A stretch of DNA of 64,000 nt from Nitrospiraceae bacterium (GTDB lineage: Bacteria; Nitrospirota; Nitrospiria; Nitrospirales; Nitrospiraceae), in assembly GCA_050246315.1 (NCBI GenBank), contig JBFWWG010000001.1, positions 512,001-576,000 of the forward strand. The letters run 5' to 3'. The notes beneath the pieces were generated by a model. It made no database searches and was not told where the DNA came from. It saw only the letters and a program-made list of their open reading frames with translations. The position numbers were made by a program, and so were the translations under genes. Below are positions 53,794-63,936 of the stretch, one piece after another. Position 1 is the first letter of the stretch; each line of letters starts with the position of its first letter.

Positions 53794-54357
53794 CTACCGG
53801 CCGATCGATTCGAAGGTGACGCGAGGCGGCTCTCGCTGCGCCGAGTTCTTCACTTCGAAAAATTGCCGGGGAGCAAATTGAAACATTCCGGCGATCACAT
53901 TTGTCGGGATCTCGGCGATCTTGGCGTTGTAGTCCCGGACCACCGCGTTGTAGTAACGCCGCGCGTTCTGGATCGCCTCCTCGATGCCGGTGAGGGTCGT
54001 CTGGAGTTGAGTGAAACTCTCAACCGCGCGCAGTTGTGGATAGGCTTCGGCCAGGGCAAAGAGGGATTTCAACGACTGGCCGAGCGTGCCTTCGGTCTCG
54101 GCTTTCTCGCCCGGTCCCTGTGCCGACATGGCCTTGGCCCGCGCGGTCATCACCGATTCCAAGACCTGCCGCTCGTGCCCGGCATAGCCCTTTACCGTTT
54201 CGACCACATTCGGAATCAGGTCATAGCGTCGCTTAAGTTGCACGTCGATGTCGGCCCAGGCGCTGTCGCAGGTTGTGCGCAACCGCACGAGCGCGTTGTA
54301 GAGGCCGATGACCAGCATCACCAGAGCCAGCACGATCAGCAGGACGATCCATCCCAT
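53794..54357 (-). CDS. lemA: LemA family protein
   Basis: IDVQLKRRYDLIPN, AEAYPQL, RRYYNAVV. Confidence 0.95.
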   Translation of the reverse strand: MGWIVLLIVLALVMLVIGLYNALVRLRTTCDSAWADIDVQLKRRYDLIPNVVETVKGYAGHERQVLESVMTARAKAMSAQGPGEKAETEGTLGQSLKSLFALAEAYPQLRAVESFTQLQTTLTGIEEAIQNARRYYNAVVRDYNAKIAEIPTNVIAGMFQFAPRQFFEVKNSAQREPPRVTFESIGR

Positions 54358-54368
54358 TCCATCCCTCC

Positions 54369-54481
54369 ATACCAAGCTTTGCTAGAACCGGCGGCTCATC
54401 GGGCGAAGCCCCTCTTCATTGCTGCCGCCGGAGAAACCCTCCAGTGCGACTTTCTCCTTCTGTGATACCAAGCTTTGCTAG
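54369..54481 (-). repeat. Family B structured units (second unit split by MITEs, resuming at 54721)
   Basis: ATACCAAGCTTTGCT at 54369 and 54465; highly similar to 25323-25435. Confidence 0.85.
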
Positions 54482-54587
54482 TGTCCTGTCTCTAAAATTC
54501 GTCGAAGAAGTCCAGCATAGGAAGTTGTCATCAATCAAGCAGTTGGCTGCTAAAATTATGATGCGAATTTCGGAGTCAGGACACTAG
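54478..54587. mobile_element. MITE with CTAG-tipped TIRs
   Basis: CTAGTGTCCTGTCTCTAAAATTCG / CGAATTTCGGAGTCAGGACACTAG. Confidence 0.8.
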
Positions 54588-54721
54588 CAGGCTGCAGAAA
54601 AACTCGATGTGTGTGCTTCGACAGGCTCAGCACGATCGGAAAAACCAGTATATTCAATGACTGCTCCGTTCGTCCTGAGGCCCTCGAAGGACGAACGGAG
54701 GGTTTTTCCGCAGCCTGTTAG
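54584..54721. mobile_element. MITE family D
   Basis: CTAGCAGGCTGCAGAAAAA ... TTTTTCCGCAGCCTGTTAG. Confidence 0.8.
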
Positions 54722-54773
54722 AACCGGCGGCTCCTCTTCGTCTCATCGAATATCCTGACGCTTACGTATCGCT

Positions 54774-55271
54774 CTAGGGCAGCACCGGACGAAGCGGCAG
54801 ATCAGGCGATTCCTCCGATGATGACTCGGGCGGGAGCGGCCAGATGCGCACGGCCATGGCCTGCACCTCGTTCGCGTTCATCACGGGAATTCGTCGGCCG
54901 TCCAGCGCCATGAAAAAGAGATCGCGGCCCGGTTGTTGGATCGTCACCTCGACGAGCACCTGCTCGCCGTCCGATACGTCAGGGTCCTTGACTAGCGGAA
55001 TCTGACAACGGCCCAACACCAGAACCGGAAGGGCTCCGGTCTGATCGATGACGCGGAACGAATAGGCCGCATAGCAGATGGTGCCGTTGTTCAGTTGATA
55101 GGGGTCGAAGGGACGCACGTTCTCGACGGTGCCTCGGACCAACACGTGATGAAGATGGTACCGATCCGGTGCGGCCAGCAACTCTTCGATCGGAACCGGT
55201 TCCCCGCTCTGGGCCCACGCTGGCCAGGGCCACAGGCACACCAGCAATATCAGCCATCGCGGATCGATCAT
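54774..55271 (-). CDS. Exported hypothetical protein (possible OB fold)
   Basis: Signal peptide; VLVRGTV, FRVIDQTG. Confidence 0.7.
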   Translation of the reverse strand: MIDPRWLILLVCLWPWPAWAQSGEPVPIEELLAAPDRYHLHHVLVRGTVENVRPFDPYQLNNGTICYAAYSFRVIDQTGALPVLVLGRCQIPLVKDPDVSDGEQVLVEVTIQQPGRDLFFMALDGRRIPVMNANEVQAMAVRIWPLPPESSSEESPDLPLRPVLP

Positions 55272-55433
55272 CGCGAGAGAGGACCAATGGGCGATGGGAT
55301 CTCCGCCTTTCGAACCGGCGCCATTCTGGCATTCTGTACCAATCTTCCCCGATCCGTCATGCATTCCGTACTCTTCTGCATCCGGCTATAATGCGCGACC
55401 ATTGGTATCCATGTAACCCAGGGGTGTGTCCCG

Positions 55434-56804
55434 ATGAGCGAATTCCACCGACAGATGAAACAGTACGTGACCGACCACCGATCCCGATTTGAAGACCTGC
55501 TGGGGCGTATGGTGGAAGTGCCGTCCGTCAGCATGGACCCTGAGCGGGTGAAAGATGTCCGCCGGATGGCCGAGCTTGGCGCGCAGATCTTGAAGGAGTG
55601 CGGCGCAGAGGCCCAGGTGATCGAGACCGGAGGCCATCCGCTGGTGTCCGGCGGCTGGACGACCGGCGCCAAACATCCGACGGTCACAATCTATAACCAC
55701 TTGGATGTGCAGCCTGCCCAGGAGCCGGAGTGGAGACAGGACCCCTTTGTGTTTCGAAAAGAGGATGGCGTCTATCACGGCCGGGGGACGACCGATGACA
55801 AGGGGCCGGCGCTCACCGTCCTGTTTGCCGCCAAGTTTGCCGTGGAGCGAGGTCTGCCCATCAACATTCGATTTCTCTGGGAGCTGGAGGAGGAAATCGG
55901 CAGCCCGCATTTCGCCAAGGCGTTGCGCAACCGGGCCGCCATCCCTAAGCCAGATTCCGTTGTAATCTCGGATACGATTTGGATCTCCAATGATCAGCCG
56001 GCTCTCGCCGTCGGGTTACGTGGCCTGCTCGCGGTGCGTTGTTCCTTGGTCACCGGATCGAAGGACGCCCACTCAGGGGTCACAGGCGGGGCGGCACGCA
56101 ACCCACTGGCTGAACTGGTGGAAATGGCCGCCTCTTGCGTGGATGCGAAAACTGGGCGTGTGAAGATTCCAGGATTCTATCGGGATGTCCTGCCGCTGTC
56201 GGCAACAGAGAGGAAGAGTTTTCTCAGATCCGGCTTCGACGTGGATCGCTTCATGAGAGCCTACGGCTTTCAATCGCTCCGCACCAGGAAGGCGGCCGAA
56301 GTCATGGAACGGATCTGGGCCAGACCGACGTTCGAGGTGCACGGCCTCACGGGCGGCTACCAGGGGCCAGGCGTCAAGACCGTGGTGCCCTGGAAGGGTG
56401 AGTTGAAGGCGAGCATGAGGCTGGTGCCGAACCAAACACCCGAGAAGGCGTTTGATCTGTTCAGGCGTCATGTCGCCAAGGTCAATCCCGCCGTCAAGGT
56501 CGAGTGCGACGGCATGCTGCATCCCTTCAAAGGCTGGTCCACGGGACCCTACGTCGAGGCCATTCAAGAAGCGATCCGTGCGGGATTCGGCAAGGCCCCG
56601 GCCCTCACGCGAGAGGGCGGTTCCATCGGCGCGGTAGTCAGTATGGAGCAGGCCTGGAAGGTGCCGATTCTTTTCCTCGGACTCAGCCTCCCGGAACATG
56701 GGTACCATGCGCCGAACGAGCGGTTCGATTGGCGACAGGCCTCCGGCGGCATGAAGGCCTTCGCGGCGTATTTTGCCGAGCTGGCGAAGAGGGGAAGGGA
56801 ATAG
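55434..56804 (+). CDS. M20 family metallopeptidase/dipeptidase
   Basis: HLDVQP, GRGTTDDKG, EEEIGS, HSG, GGSI, HAPNE. Confidence 0.93.
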   Translation: MSEFHRQMKQYVTDHRSRFEDLLGRMVEVPSVSMDPERVKDVRRMAELGAQILKECGAEAQVIETGGHPLVSGGWTTGAKHPTVTIYNHLDVQPAQEPEWRQDPFVFRKEDGVYHGRGTTDDKGPALTVLFAAKFAVERGLPINIRFLWELEEEIGSPHFAKALRNRAAIPKPDSVVISDTIWISNDQPALAVGLRGLLAVRCSLVTGSKDAHSGVTGGAARNPLAELVEMAASCVDAKTGRVKIPGFYRDVLPLSATERKSFLRSGFDVDRFMRAYGFQSLRTRKAAEVMERIWARPTFEVHGLTGGYQGPGVKTVVPWKGELKASMRLVPNQTPEKAFDLFRRHVAKVNPAVKVECDGMLHPFKGWSTGPYVEAIQEAIRAGFGKAPALTREGGSIGAVVSMEQAWKVPILFLGLSLPEHGYHAPNERFDWRQASGGMKAFAAYFAELAKRGRE

Positions 56805-56860
56805 GGCAGACTGGTTAATTTTCCCGGGGTGCCTGTTGCTCCACCCAATGCCACTGGTCG

Positions 56861-57002
56861 TTCATTCATTCATTCATTCACGTCATTCATTCACAGGGTC
56901 ATTGCTTGACTTGACACTGCTGCATCGCTTGCCTGCGTAGCGCGCATTCATTCACGGGGTCATTGCTTGACTTGACACTGCTGCATCGCTTGCCTGCGCA
57001 GC
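56861..57002. repeat. (TTCA)n tract and 61-bp-period duplication of the element end
   Basis: 56884-56942 is nearly identical to 56945-57002. Confidence 0.9.
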
Positions 57003-57949
57003 GGGCTGGGGACCGTACACTCGGCCGCACGCTGAATCTTCGAAATGCGCGACGGCGAAACACCGAATCGTTTCGCCACCCGGGCAAGCGGCTCGTTGGC
57101 CGCTCGGCGTAACAGCCACGCCGCGGAACAATAGGCTTCTGCGTGGCCGCGGCTCAGGAGCGCCCGCACGGTGAGTCCATAGATCGCCGCCACGCGCGCC
57201 ACCACCTCTTCCGGCCGCAGGCGCGTCGGCCGGGTTTGCGCGGCAGGTACATTGCCCACACGCTGTCCTTGGATCAGCGCTTCCATGCGCGTCAGAAAGG
57301 CCGCGCGTCCCAAGAAGATTTGGCCTCTCACCTGTGCCCACGGCGACGCGTGTCCGATCCCGGCGTGCACAAACCGCCGGTAGGCACGCTGGGCCGCAGT
57401 CGGCCTCGGATCAAACAAGGTGAGGACACCGGCCACGTCGAGCCAGGTCGGCGTCGGTTCGTCACCCGCAGTGGCCCGATAGCTACTCCATCGCCAGTCT
57501 GCCGCCGTCTCCACCACGGCGGCACGGACCGGATTTAACACCAGATACCGACAGAGCTCCAGGAGATAACTCTCCTTCTCGACGAGAATACTCTTAAACC
57601 GGCCTTGCAGTACGTGCCCGACTCGCCCGTGCCGCCGATTAAAGCGTTGGGTATAGGTGGCGTTCAGGCGGCGCATCCCCCGACTGAGGTTCGCCTCCGG
57701 GGTTTCCACGAGCAGATGGTAGTGATTGTCCATCAAGCAATAGGCGTAGCAGCGCCATCGTTGCTGACGGGTCTCCTGGCCGAGCAAGTCCAGAAACCGC
57801 TGGCGATCGGCGTCATCCTGAAAGATCGGCTGGCGCGCATTGCCGCGAGCGGTGACATGGTACAGGGCGCCTTCAAACTCCAAGCGAAGCTGGCGAGCCA
57901 TGGCGGCGGAGCGTAGCGAGGGGGAAGTGTAAAGTCAAGCAATGACCCC
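56956..57949 (-). mobile_element. TIR-bounded HUH/Y1 transposase element (RAYT/TIRYT-like)
   Basis: 24-bp TIRs GGGGTCATTGCTTGACTT[GT]ACACT (1 mismatch) at 56956-56979 and 57926-57949. Confidence 0.85.
56960..57901 (-). CDS. RAYT-like Y1 (HUH) tyrosine transposase with C-terminal DnaA-C-like HTH
   Basis: YHVTARGN, YCLMDNHYHLL, QGRFKS, RYLVLNPVRA, WSSY. Confidence 0.9.
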   Translation of the reverse strand: MARQLRLEFEGALYHVTARGNARQPIFQDDADRQRFLDLLGQETRQQRWRCYAYCLMDNHYHLLVETPEANLSRGMRRLNATYTQRFNRRHGRVGHVLQGRFKSILVEKESYLLELCRYLVLNPVRAAVVETAADWRWSSYRATAGDEPTPTWLDVAGVLTLFDPRPTAAQRAYRRFVHAGIGHASPWAQVRGQIFLGRAAFLTRMEALIQGQRVGNVPAAQTRPTRLRPEEVVARVAAIYGLTVRALLSRGHAEAYCSAAWLLRRAANEPLARVAKRFGVSPSRISKIQRAAECTVPSPLRRQAMQQCQVKQ

Positions 57950-57989
57950 ATCAAATGACCCCATGACCCCATCAAATGACCCCATCAAA
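57942..57989. repeat. Four tandem ATGACCCC(ATCAA) copies at the element tip
   Basis: ATGACCCC at 57942, 57955, 57963 and 57976. Confidence 0.9.
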
Positions 57990-58610
57990 GCAATGGGGGC
58001 GACCGAATCCCAGCTTCATGCGCCAATTTGTAGACCCATGTAGCTTATGGATAACGGTTGCCGACTGGCTATTGTTGGGCCAGAAAGGCTCTCCGATGCA
58101 CTGCGCTGAAGGCGGAATATAGAAACCATATCCACTATTCGGATGCCAATAGATTGCAGGTGCTGGCGTGATGGATTTTGATACCTCGTGCAGTTTCTGA
58201 TCGAGAACATCATCGTAATTAAATGTCAGGCAGGTCGCACGATTAACCAAGCAGTAGTATGCGAAGTTCCGCAGTTCGTCCTCATGTGTGAATCCGCTTT
58301 CCTTGGCGTTTTTCAGTCGTTTTAAAAAACTCTCATGTAATTCCCGCCTTACCGACTCAAAGTGAATGGAGGTTGCCTCTGAGTCAAAAGGCATTCCTTC
58401 AAGGCGTGTCAGCAAGCGTTCAATATCAACATTGCCATCAGGTAGTCGGTCTCTTTCTCGTTCAAGAATATCTGCAATTCTTTGAACCTCCTTGTACTTT
58501 CTTATGACAGGGTTAATGTCATAACTGTCGACGAGGAGTGGTGCATGTGGCAAGAAAGCCTTTGTAAACCCAGCGCCAAGCACAAACACCTGTCTTTGTT
58601 TTTGGTCCAT
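57972..58610 (-). pseudogene. SIR2-like (SIR2_2) protein, 3'-truncated
   Basis: VFVLGAGF, TFNYDD, KLHGSTNW; AT-rich; stop codon comes from the tandem TIR-tip repeats. Confidence 0.75.
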
Positions 58611-58828
58611 GTGACTAACCCTTATGAAGCGCCCTGTGTTGGCGACCTTGGGGCCATAATGAGGCAGCCTCTAGAGAAGGAAGCCTCTTGACGGTGGACT
58701 GTAACGAGCCAATCCCCATCCGAACATACCTTGTCCCGCATGGCCTGGAAACTCCGAGGGAGCACTGTATGCGCCATTGTTAGGTACAACTATCAATCAC
58801 TGAGCTTTTGAGTTGTAGTCTGTCCTCT

Positions 58829-59053
58829 TTATGTGTCCTTGTTGCGCTCGCCCAGTAATTCCTGAGTGACGGAAGCTCTGCTCCTCAGCATCCCGCACAG
58901 GCTGCGGATGTATGCCTTTGTAATCGGTTGGAAGATGATCTCGTTGCCTCGCTCCACGAAACAAACCTTGGTCCCAGGCTTGATGCCGAATCGATGGCGA
59001 ATGCGAGCTGGAATCACGAGCCGCCCTTTGGTTGTCACGTAGGCGGTTTCCAT
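58829..59053 (-). CDS. AbrB/MazE/SpoVT antitoxin
   Basis: VTTKGRLVIPARIRHRFGIKPG. Confidence 0.88.
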   Translation of the reverse strand: METAYVTTKGRLVIPARIRHRFGIKPGTKVCFVERGNEIIFQPITKAYIRSLCGMLRSRASVTQELLGERNKDT

Positions 59054-59105
59054 ACAGTCCCTCCACGATGTCGCAAGAGAAGCAGACCGAGCACTCCACC
59101 TGGCA

Positions 59106-60124
59106 CTATTGCGTCGGGCTCAGTGGGGCGAGCAGCAAGGAACTCAATGGACTGGCAAGCAGCGGCGTGAGCATCAAGCCGAACTGGGGAAAATGATCCT
59201 GTAACGAGAGGAAGAGGCCATGGTCTTTCAGCCACTCGTCCTGTTCTACCAAGGGCAGTTTCTCGGGGGCCGTCTGCAAGAAGCGCTGAGCCCGCCGCGC
59301 CAGCAGGACGGCGGCAGGCAAATAGGTCGCTACCGGCACGAGGGTAACGGTGACGCCCCAGTACAGAGTGATGGCCAGCGCCGCGCCCAGCACGGCTTCG
59401 TGCGCATGCTTGTCGCCGACCAACGCCGCCAGGCGCCCATATGCAAGACCCCGGCTACGAGGATGGCCGATCCCGCGCTCAACACCTCTTTCAACCGGCG
59501 CATCTGCACGGCACAGTGCTCCTGATCCGCCGGCCGGCCGGAGACCGGCGGCGCCAGGGTGCTACAGGCTGCGAGCAGCGCCACCACCGGAACAACGATG
59601 GCCTGCACGTTCACGACGGAAACCACCGTCATGGTATAGCGCAAGAGGCCTTCGCTGATTCGCTGAGACCCGGCATGTCGTAAATTATCGTAGGTGAAGC
59701 CAAAGACAGCTCGGTAGAGCGCGTGGCTGTTATCAAGCCACCAGAGAAACAGCAATCCGATCGCGGACAACACCAGACCCACCGTCGAAACGACCATCAG
59801 CCGCCGCATGGGATGAGATTGATAGATCAGCGTGGCGCACATCATCGCGGCGTACGCTCCGGCCACCAATGCCACCACGACCGTGGTGAGCCAAACGTAC
59901 CGCGCTTTGACTTCAACAAGAAAATGCGTCGCGTGAAACTCTCGGGACGGAGACTTCGAGGCAGGCTGCATCAGGCCCTTCGTGAGGTCGAGAAAATTAT
60001 CCACCGTGATGTTGGCGCTGAACTCAAACAGCTCGACGGCCAGCAGGAGGATCGCAATTGGGGGCACCGTCAGCATCAAGAATCGATAGTCCGAGAGTGA
60101 AGGGGCGGCCGGCTGTGTCATCAC
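59106..60124 (-). pseudogene. Multi-pass membrane protein with a frameshift near 59430
   Basis: Hydrophobic coding continues in another frame (...HMGAW | AALVGDKHAHE...). Confidence 0.65.
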
Positions 60125-60336
60125 GTTGCAGGAGGATGCGGTGCGGCTCGATCACATCAAAGCAAGGACTGCCATCCTAACACACTCACCCGATGGGGAC
60201 GAGCGAGGAATGCCGGCTTCGGAGATCGTCGCCCGAAAACGAATGGATAACCCCGGCCCTCGCACGCATTGACAGAACGGTCGGTACCCGCTAGCGTGGA
60301 GCTGCTCGGCGCACTCTGGATTGGGATGGAGCCCGG

Positions 60337-60891
60337 ATGGATGCGGAACGAACAGCGGGACTGAGCCTTGCCGCCCTTGGTCTCCATCGGTACGACCTTG
60401 TCGTGACGTTCCTCCTGGTTATGATCGGATGGTCCATCGGATTGGGATCTGCTCCAGGATGGGCGGGCGTATCAGCCACCTCACGGATTTTGCCAACCGG
60501 AGATGCGCTCGAACTGACCTATCAAGCCAATGGGGAGACGTGGAGGGATCTCATTCCGCTCCATCGAGCGGGAGCACTTCGTTATTTCAGCGCCGGGGTC
60601 GGCATGGCCGAGCGGGCGGCCGAGTATCCTCCATTTCCGATCAAACTCGTCTTGACCGCCGGGGGAAAACCCTACCTGGCTCGCGTGGGCGTGCAGATTG
60701 TGAGTCACGGGGGGGCGATCACCCTGTCGATTCCGCCTGAGCATGTGACGGGGCCGTGGCTCTTTCTCGATCTGCCCGCCGGGACCTACGACCTGACCGG
60801 GATAAGAGGGGATGACAGGCCGCAGCTTCGCCGCGTGACGGTGCAGCCCGGATCCTCGCAAACCCTCTATCTCCGCTTCGCCGGAGAGTAA
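60337..60891 (+). CDS. Exported protein, carboxypeptidase-regulatory-like domain
   Basis: FSAGVG..ER, GPWLFLDLPAGTY. Start uncertain. Confidence 0.7.
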   Translation: MDAERTAGLSLAALGLHRYDLVVTFLLVMIGWSIGLGSAPGWAGVSATSRILPTGDALELTYQANGETWRDLIPLHRAGALRYFSAGVGMAERAAEYPPFPIKLVLTAGGKPYLARVGVQIVSHGGAITLSIPPEHVTGPWLFLDLPAGTYDLTGIRGDDRPQLRRVTVQPGSSQTLYLRFAGE

Positions 60892-61131
60892 GCCCTCACC
60901 GACATTCCTCTTCATTCCAAACCGAAAGCCGCCGCAGGCCCTGGCAGCTCTGGGCTGGCGACGCGCATGCTTCACAGGAGCGGCTTTCGCGCAGACCGAT
61001 CGGGCAGGCGGATGTGTCGATCGACACGGGCCATGTAGACGGAAGGATTTTGGAGCGGAAGCGAGCCGACCATCGAGGGTCATCGATGGGGCGACCCTGT
61101 GGGCAGGGAGACGACGCAGCGGTCGGGCATC

Positions 61132-62184
61132 CTATGTCAGCGAGGCTAGGTCGATCACAAAGCGGTAGCGGACGTCTCCACGGAGCAGGCGTTCGTACGC
61201 CTCATTCACCTCTTGGATGGAGATCACCTCAACATCCGCCGATGTTCGATGCTTGGCGCAGAAGTCCAGCATCTCCTGGGTTTCTCGGATGCCGCCGATG
61301 AGCGATCCGACGAGCCGGCGGCGACGCAGCAGTAGCGGAAACGCGCCGACCGGCATCGGCCGGCTCGGCGCCCCCACAAGGATCATGGTGCCGTCCGTTT
61401 TCAATGTGTTGAGGTACCCATCGAGGTCATGTGAGGCCGAGAGCGTGTCGATCATGACGTCGAACCGTCTGTCGAGTTTGGCAAGTGCGGAGGAGTCGGA
61501 GGTCAGAATGAAGTCGGACGCGCCGAGGCGGGCGGCGTCCTGTTGCTTGTGCGTCGAATGGCTGAGCACGGATACCTCGGCACCCAGGGCCGCCCCGATT
61601 TTGACGGCCATGTGTCCCAAGCCGCCGAGCCCCACCACGCCCAAGCGCTGCCCTTTGCCGACGCCCCAATGCCGAAGCGGCGAGTAGGTGGTGATCCCGG
61701 CGCAGAGCAGGGGTGCCACGCTTTCGAGCGGCAAGGTCGCAGGAACGCGCAGCGCATAACGTTCATCGACGACGATCTGATCGGAGTAGCCGCCGTAGGT
61801 CGGGGTCTGTTGGTCGCGTTCCGTCCCGTTATAGGTCAGGACCAGGTGGCCATCGCAATACTGTTCGAGTCCCAGCCGGCACTGCGTGCACACACGGCAG
61901 GAGTCCACGAAGCAGCCGACACCGGCCAGGTCGCCGATGGCGAATCCGGTCACTGCCGATCCGACTTGACGCACCGTGCCCACGATCTCGTGACCGGGGA
62001 CCATCGGAAAGATCGATCCGCCCCATTCGTCTCTGGCTTGATGGATGTCGGAATGACAGATCCCGCAATAGCGGATACGGATCAGCACGTCGTGAGACCC
62101 GACCGCTCGTCTGACGAACGAGAAGGGTTCCAACGGAGAGGTGGGACTCCGGGCTGCGTAGCCGCTGGTCGACAACAATCGCAA
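61132..62184 (-). CDS. Zn-dependent NADP alcohol dehydrogenase (YahK/AdhC-like)
   Basis: CGICHSD, PGHE, CRVCTQC...C, LCAGITTY, GLGGLG, YRFVID. Confidence 0.95.
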   Translation of the reverse strand: MRLLSTSGYAARSPTSPLEPFSFVRRAVGSHDVLIRIRYCGICHSDIHQARDEWGGSIFPMVPGHEIVGTVRQVGSAVTGFAIGDLAGVGCFVDSCRVCTQCRLGLEQYCDGHLVLTYNGTERDQQTPTYGGYSDQIVVDERYALRVPATLPLESVAPLLCAGITTYSPLRHWGVGKGQRLGVVGLGGLGHMAVKIGAALGAEVSVLSHSTHKQQDAARLGASDFILTSDSSALAKLDRRFDVMIDTLSASHDLDGYLNTLKTDGTMILVGAPSRPMPVGAFPLLLRRRRLVGSLIGGIRETQEMLDFCAKHRTSADVEVISIQEVNEAYERLLRGDVRYRFVIDLASLT

Positions 62185-62211
62185 TTCTCCGTTCGCGAGC
62201 CCGTATGAGCG

Positions 62212-63936
62212 TCAGTCTTTTTTCGGCTCGGGTTTCGGCTCCATGGCTGTCAGCAACGGCTTGAAGGTCGGGTCCGCATCAAGCAAGGCCTTCAGGCTGT
62301 CGCGGTTGAGGAGATAGCTCCAGACCTCCGGCGTGGCGCCCGGCGTCAGCTCGAAGAACTGCTTGGCCTGGGTGAGGTTTGCCAACATCAACTTGGGGTC
62401 GCGCTCCGCCATGTAGAGTTGGCTGTAGGCCATCGTATAGGCGGCCGTGAACTTGTCCAGCGGGTCGTCGGTGAGTTTGAACGCTTCCTCGGCTTCGCGA
62501 TAGGCCTGGTCGATGTCGGGATCGTTGAGAGACCGATTCCACGACACCTTATGGATGCGCGACCAGGCTACCTCGATCAACGCGCGCGCCCGCTGGCCAG
62601 GGCGGGCTTGTGCGAGATCGTTGACCAGCGCCTCGTGCGTTTGGATGGCGCGAAGCTGGTCGTTGTTCCAACGGTAGGCGATCCCGAGGTGAAGGCGATT
62701 ATCCAAGTCTTTAGGACGGACCTTGGAAAGTGTCTCCATCGCGGGAATCATGCGGTACAGAAAATCCCCGGCGGTCGGCTGCGTGAGTCCACCCATTTCC
62801 ATGCTGTTGGACAGGTCCATCCGAAAGTTTTGCGCGTACCAATTCCAGGACAGTTCTGTGACCCGTCTCGCGAGCATGGCATCCTTGAACGGCACGGAGG
62901 GCACGGCATCGCCTGTGACCAGGACTCGGCCGTAGAGATCGTTCGTCATCGCCGTGAGCGCTTCCGGTTGCTCCCCGTCGATCAGAAGGACCCGATTTAG
63001 CATCGCGATCCGATCCCGCAACTCCGGAAAATGCCTGGATCTGGCCACGGCGGCGATCAGCAGGCCGGAGCCGTCCGACGGCTGCCAGATCGCCGCCGAG
63101 TCCGCCACCACACGGCTGGCCTCGGTCGAGAAGGGGATCGCCTCGCTGGGAAGCTCGCCGGTCTGCGGGAGATCGCCCGCGTCCGATAGGACGGAAACCG
63201 GTACGCTGAGGACCGCGGCATCGCCCGGATAGCCCAGACCCTTGAGGCCCGTCATGACCACAAACTGCACGTCCACGGATTTCACGGCGACACGGGGGCG
63301 ATGGATCGTCGATCGGAACCGGTAGGCCCCCTTGGCGAAGGTCACCGGAGAGGTAAGCATGTCCTTATAGGTCACACGCAACCGAACGAGGGACGTTGGG
63401 ACGTTGGCCAGTTTGCGGTTCCTCCCGGCGGGAAAAGAGGCCTTCGGGATCGCCTGCTGCCGTTCGATCGATAGGGTGAGGCCGGTGCCGGGCGGCGACT
63501 GGCCGAGCAGCTCCATCACGGCCGTCGCGGCTTGGTACGTTTCGAGCGGTTCGGTAAAGAACACCAGGCGTCCCGGACCGGGCCAAATGGTGTCCATTCC
63601 TTCATCGGTCTTCCAGATGGCCGGCTTCACGGCCTCCTTGAGGCGGTTCCAACAGTCTGTATAGATCCCGTCCGTCGCAGGAGGGAATTTTTTCAAGGTC
63701 CCCTGTTGCTCGACCATCCGGTACTGGCAGGCAAAGTCGAGTTGGCCGAATGCGGTCTGGTCTCCCGACGAAATGGCGAGGGCATAGTCCATTGCCGCTT
63801 TGCCGGCCGGCGACGGAGTCGGAGACTTCCGAGCCTTCTTCTGACTTGCGGAGGCCGCCCAAGCCGGAGTGACGACCGTACCGACCATCATCAGGACGAG
63901 CAGCACTGTCGCCAGGAGCCTGGCCGACGTTGTCAT
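62212..63936 (-). CDS. Exported hypothetical protein with helical (TPR-like) C-terminus
   Basis: Long ORF, signal peptide, host codon usage. Confidence 0.75.
   Translation of the reverse strand: MTTSARLLATVLLVLMMVGTVVTPAWAASASQKKARKSPTPSPAGKAAMDYALAISSGDQTAFGQLDFACQYRMVEQQGTLKKFPPATDGIYTDCWNRLKEAVKPAIWKTDEGMDTIWPGPGRLVFFTEPLETYQAATAVMELLGQSPPGTGLTLSIERQQAIPKASFPAGRNRKLANVPTSLVRLRVTYKDMLTSPVTFAKGAYRFRSTIHRPRVAVKSVDVQFVVMTGLKGLGYPGDAAVLSVPVSVLSDAGDLPQTGELPSEAIPFSTEASRVVADSAAIWQPSDGSGLLIAAVARSRHFPELRDRIAMLNRVLLIDGEQPEALTAMTNDLYGRVLVTGDAVPSVPFKDAMLARRVTELSWNWYAQNFRMDLSNSMEMGGLTQPTAGDFLYRMIPAMETLSKVRPKDLDNRLHLGIAYRWNNDQLRAIQTHEALVNDLAQARPGQRARALIEVAWSRIHKVSWNRSLNDPDIDQAYREAEEAFKLTDDPLDKFTAAYTMAYSQLYMAERDPKLMLANLTQAKQFFELTPGATPEVWSYLLNRDSLKALLDADPTFKPLLTAMEPKPEPKKD

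Noticed and set aside
58620..58828. vapC toxin behind abrB
   Set aside because: Only a VIDS-like fragment followed by a stop; too degenerate to call.
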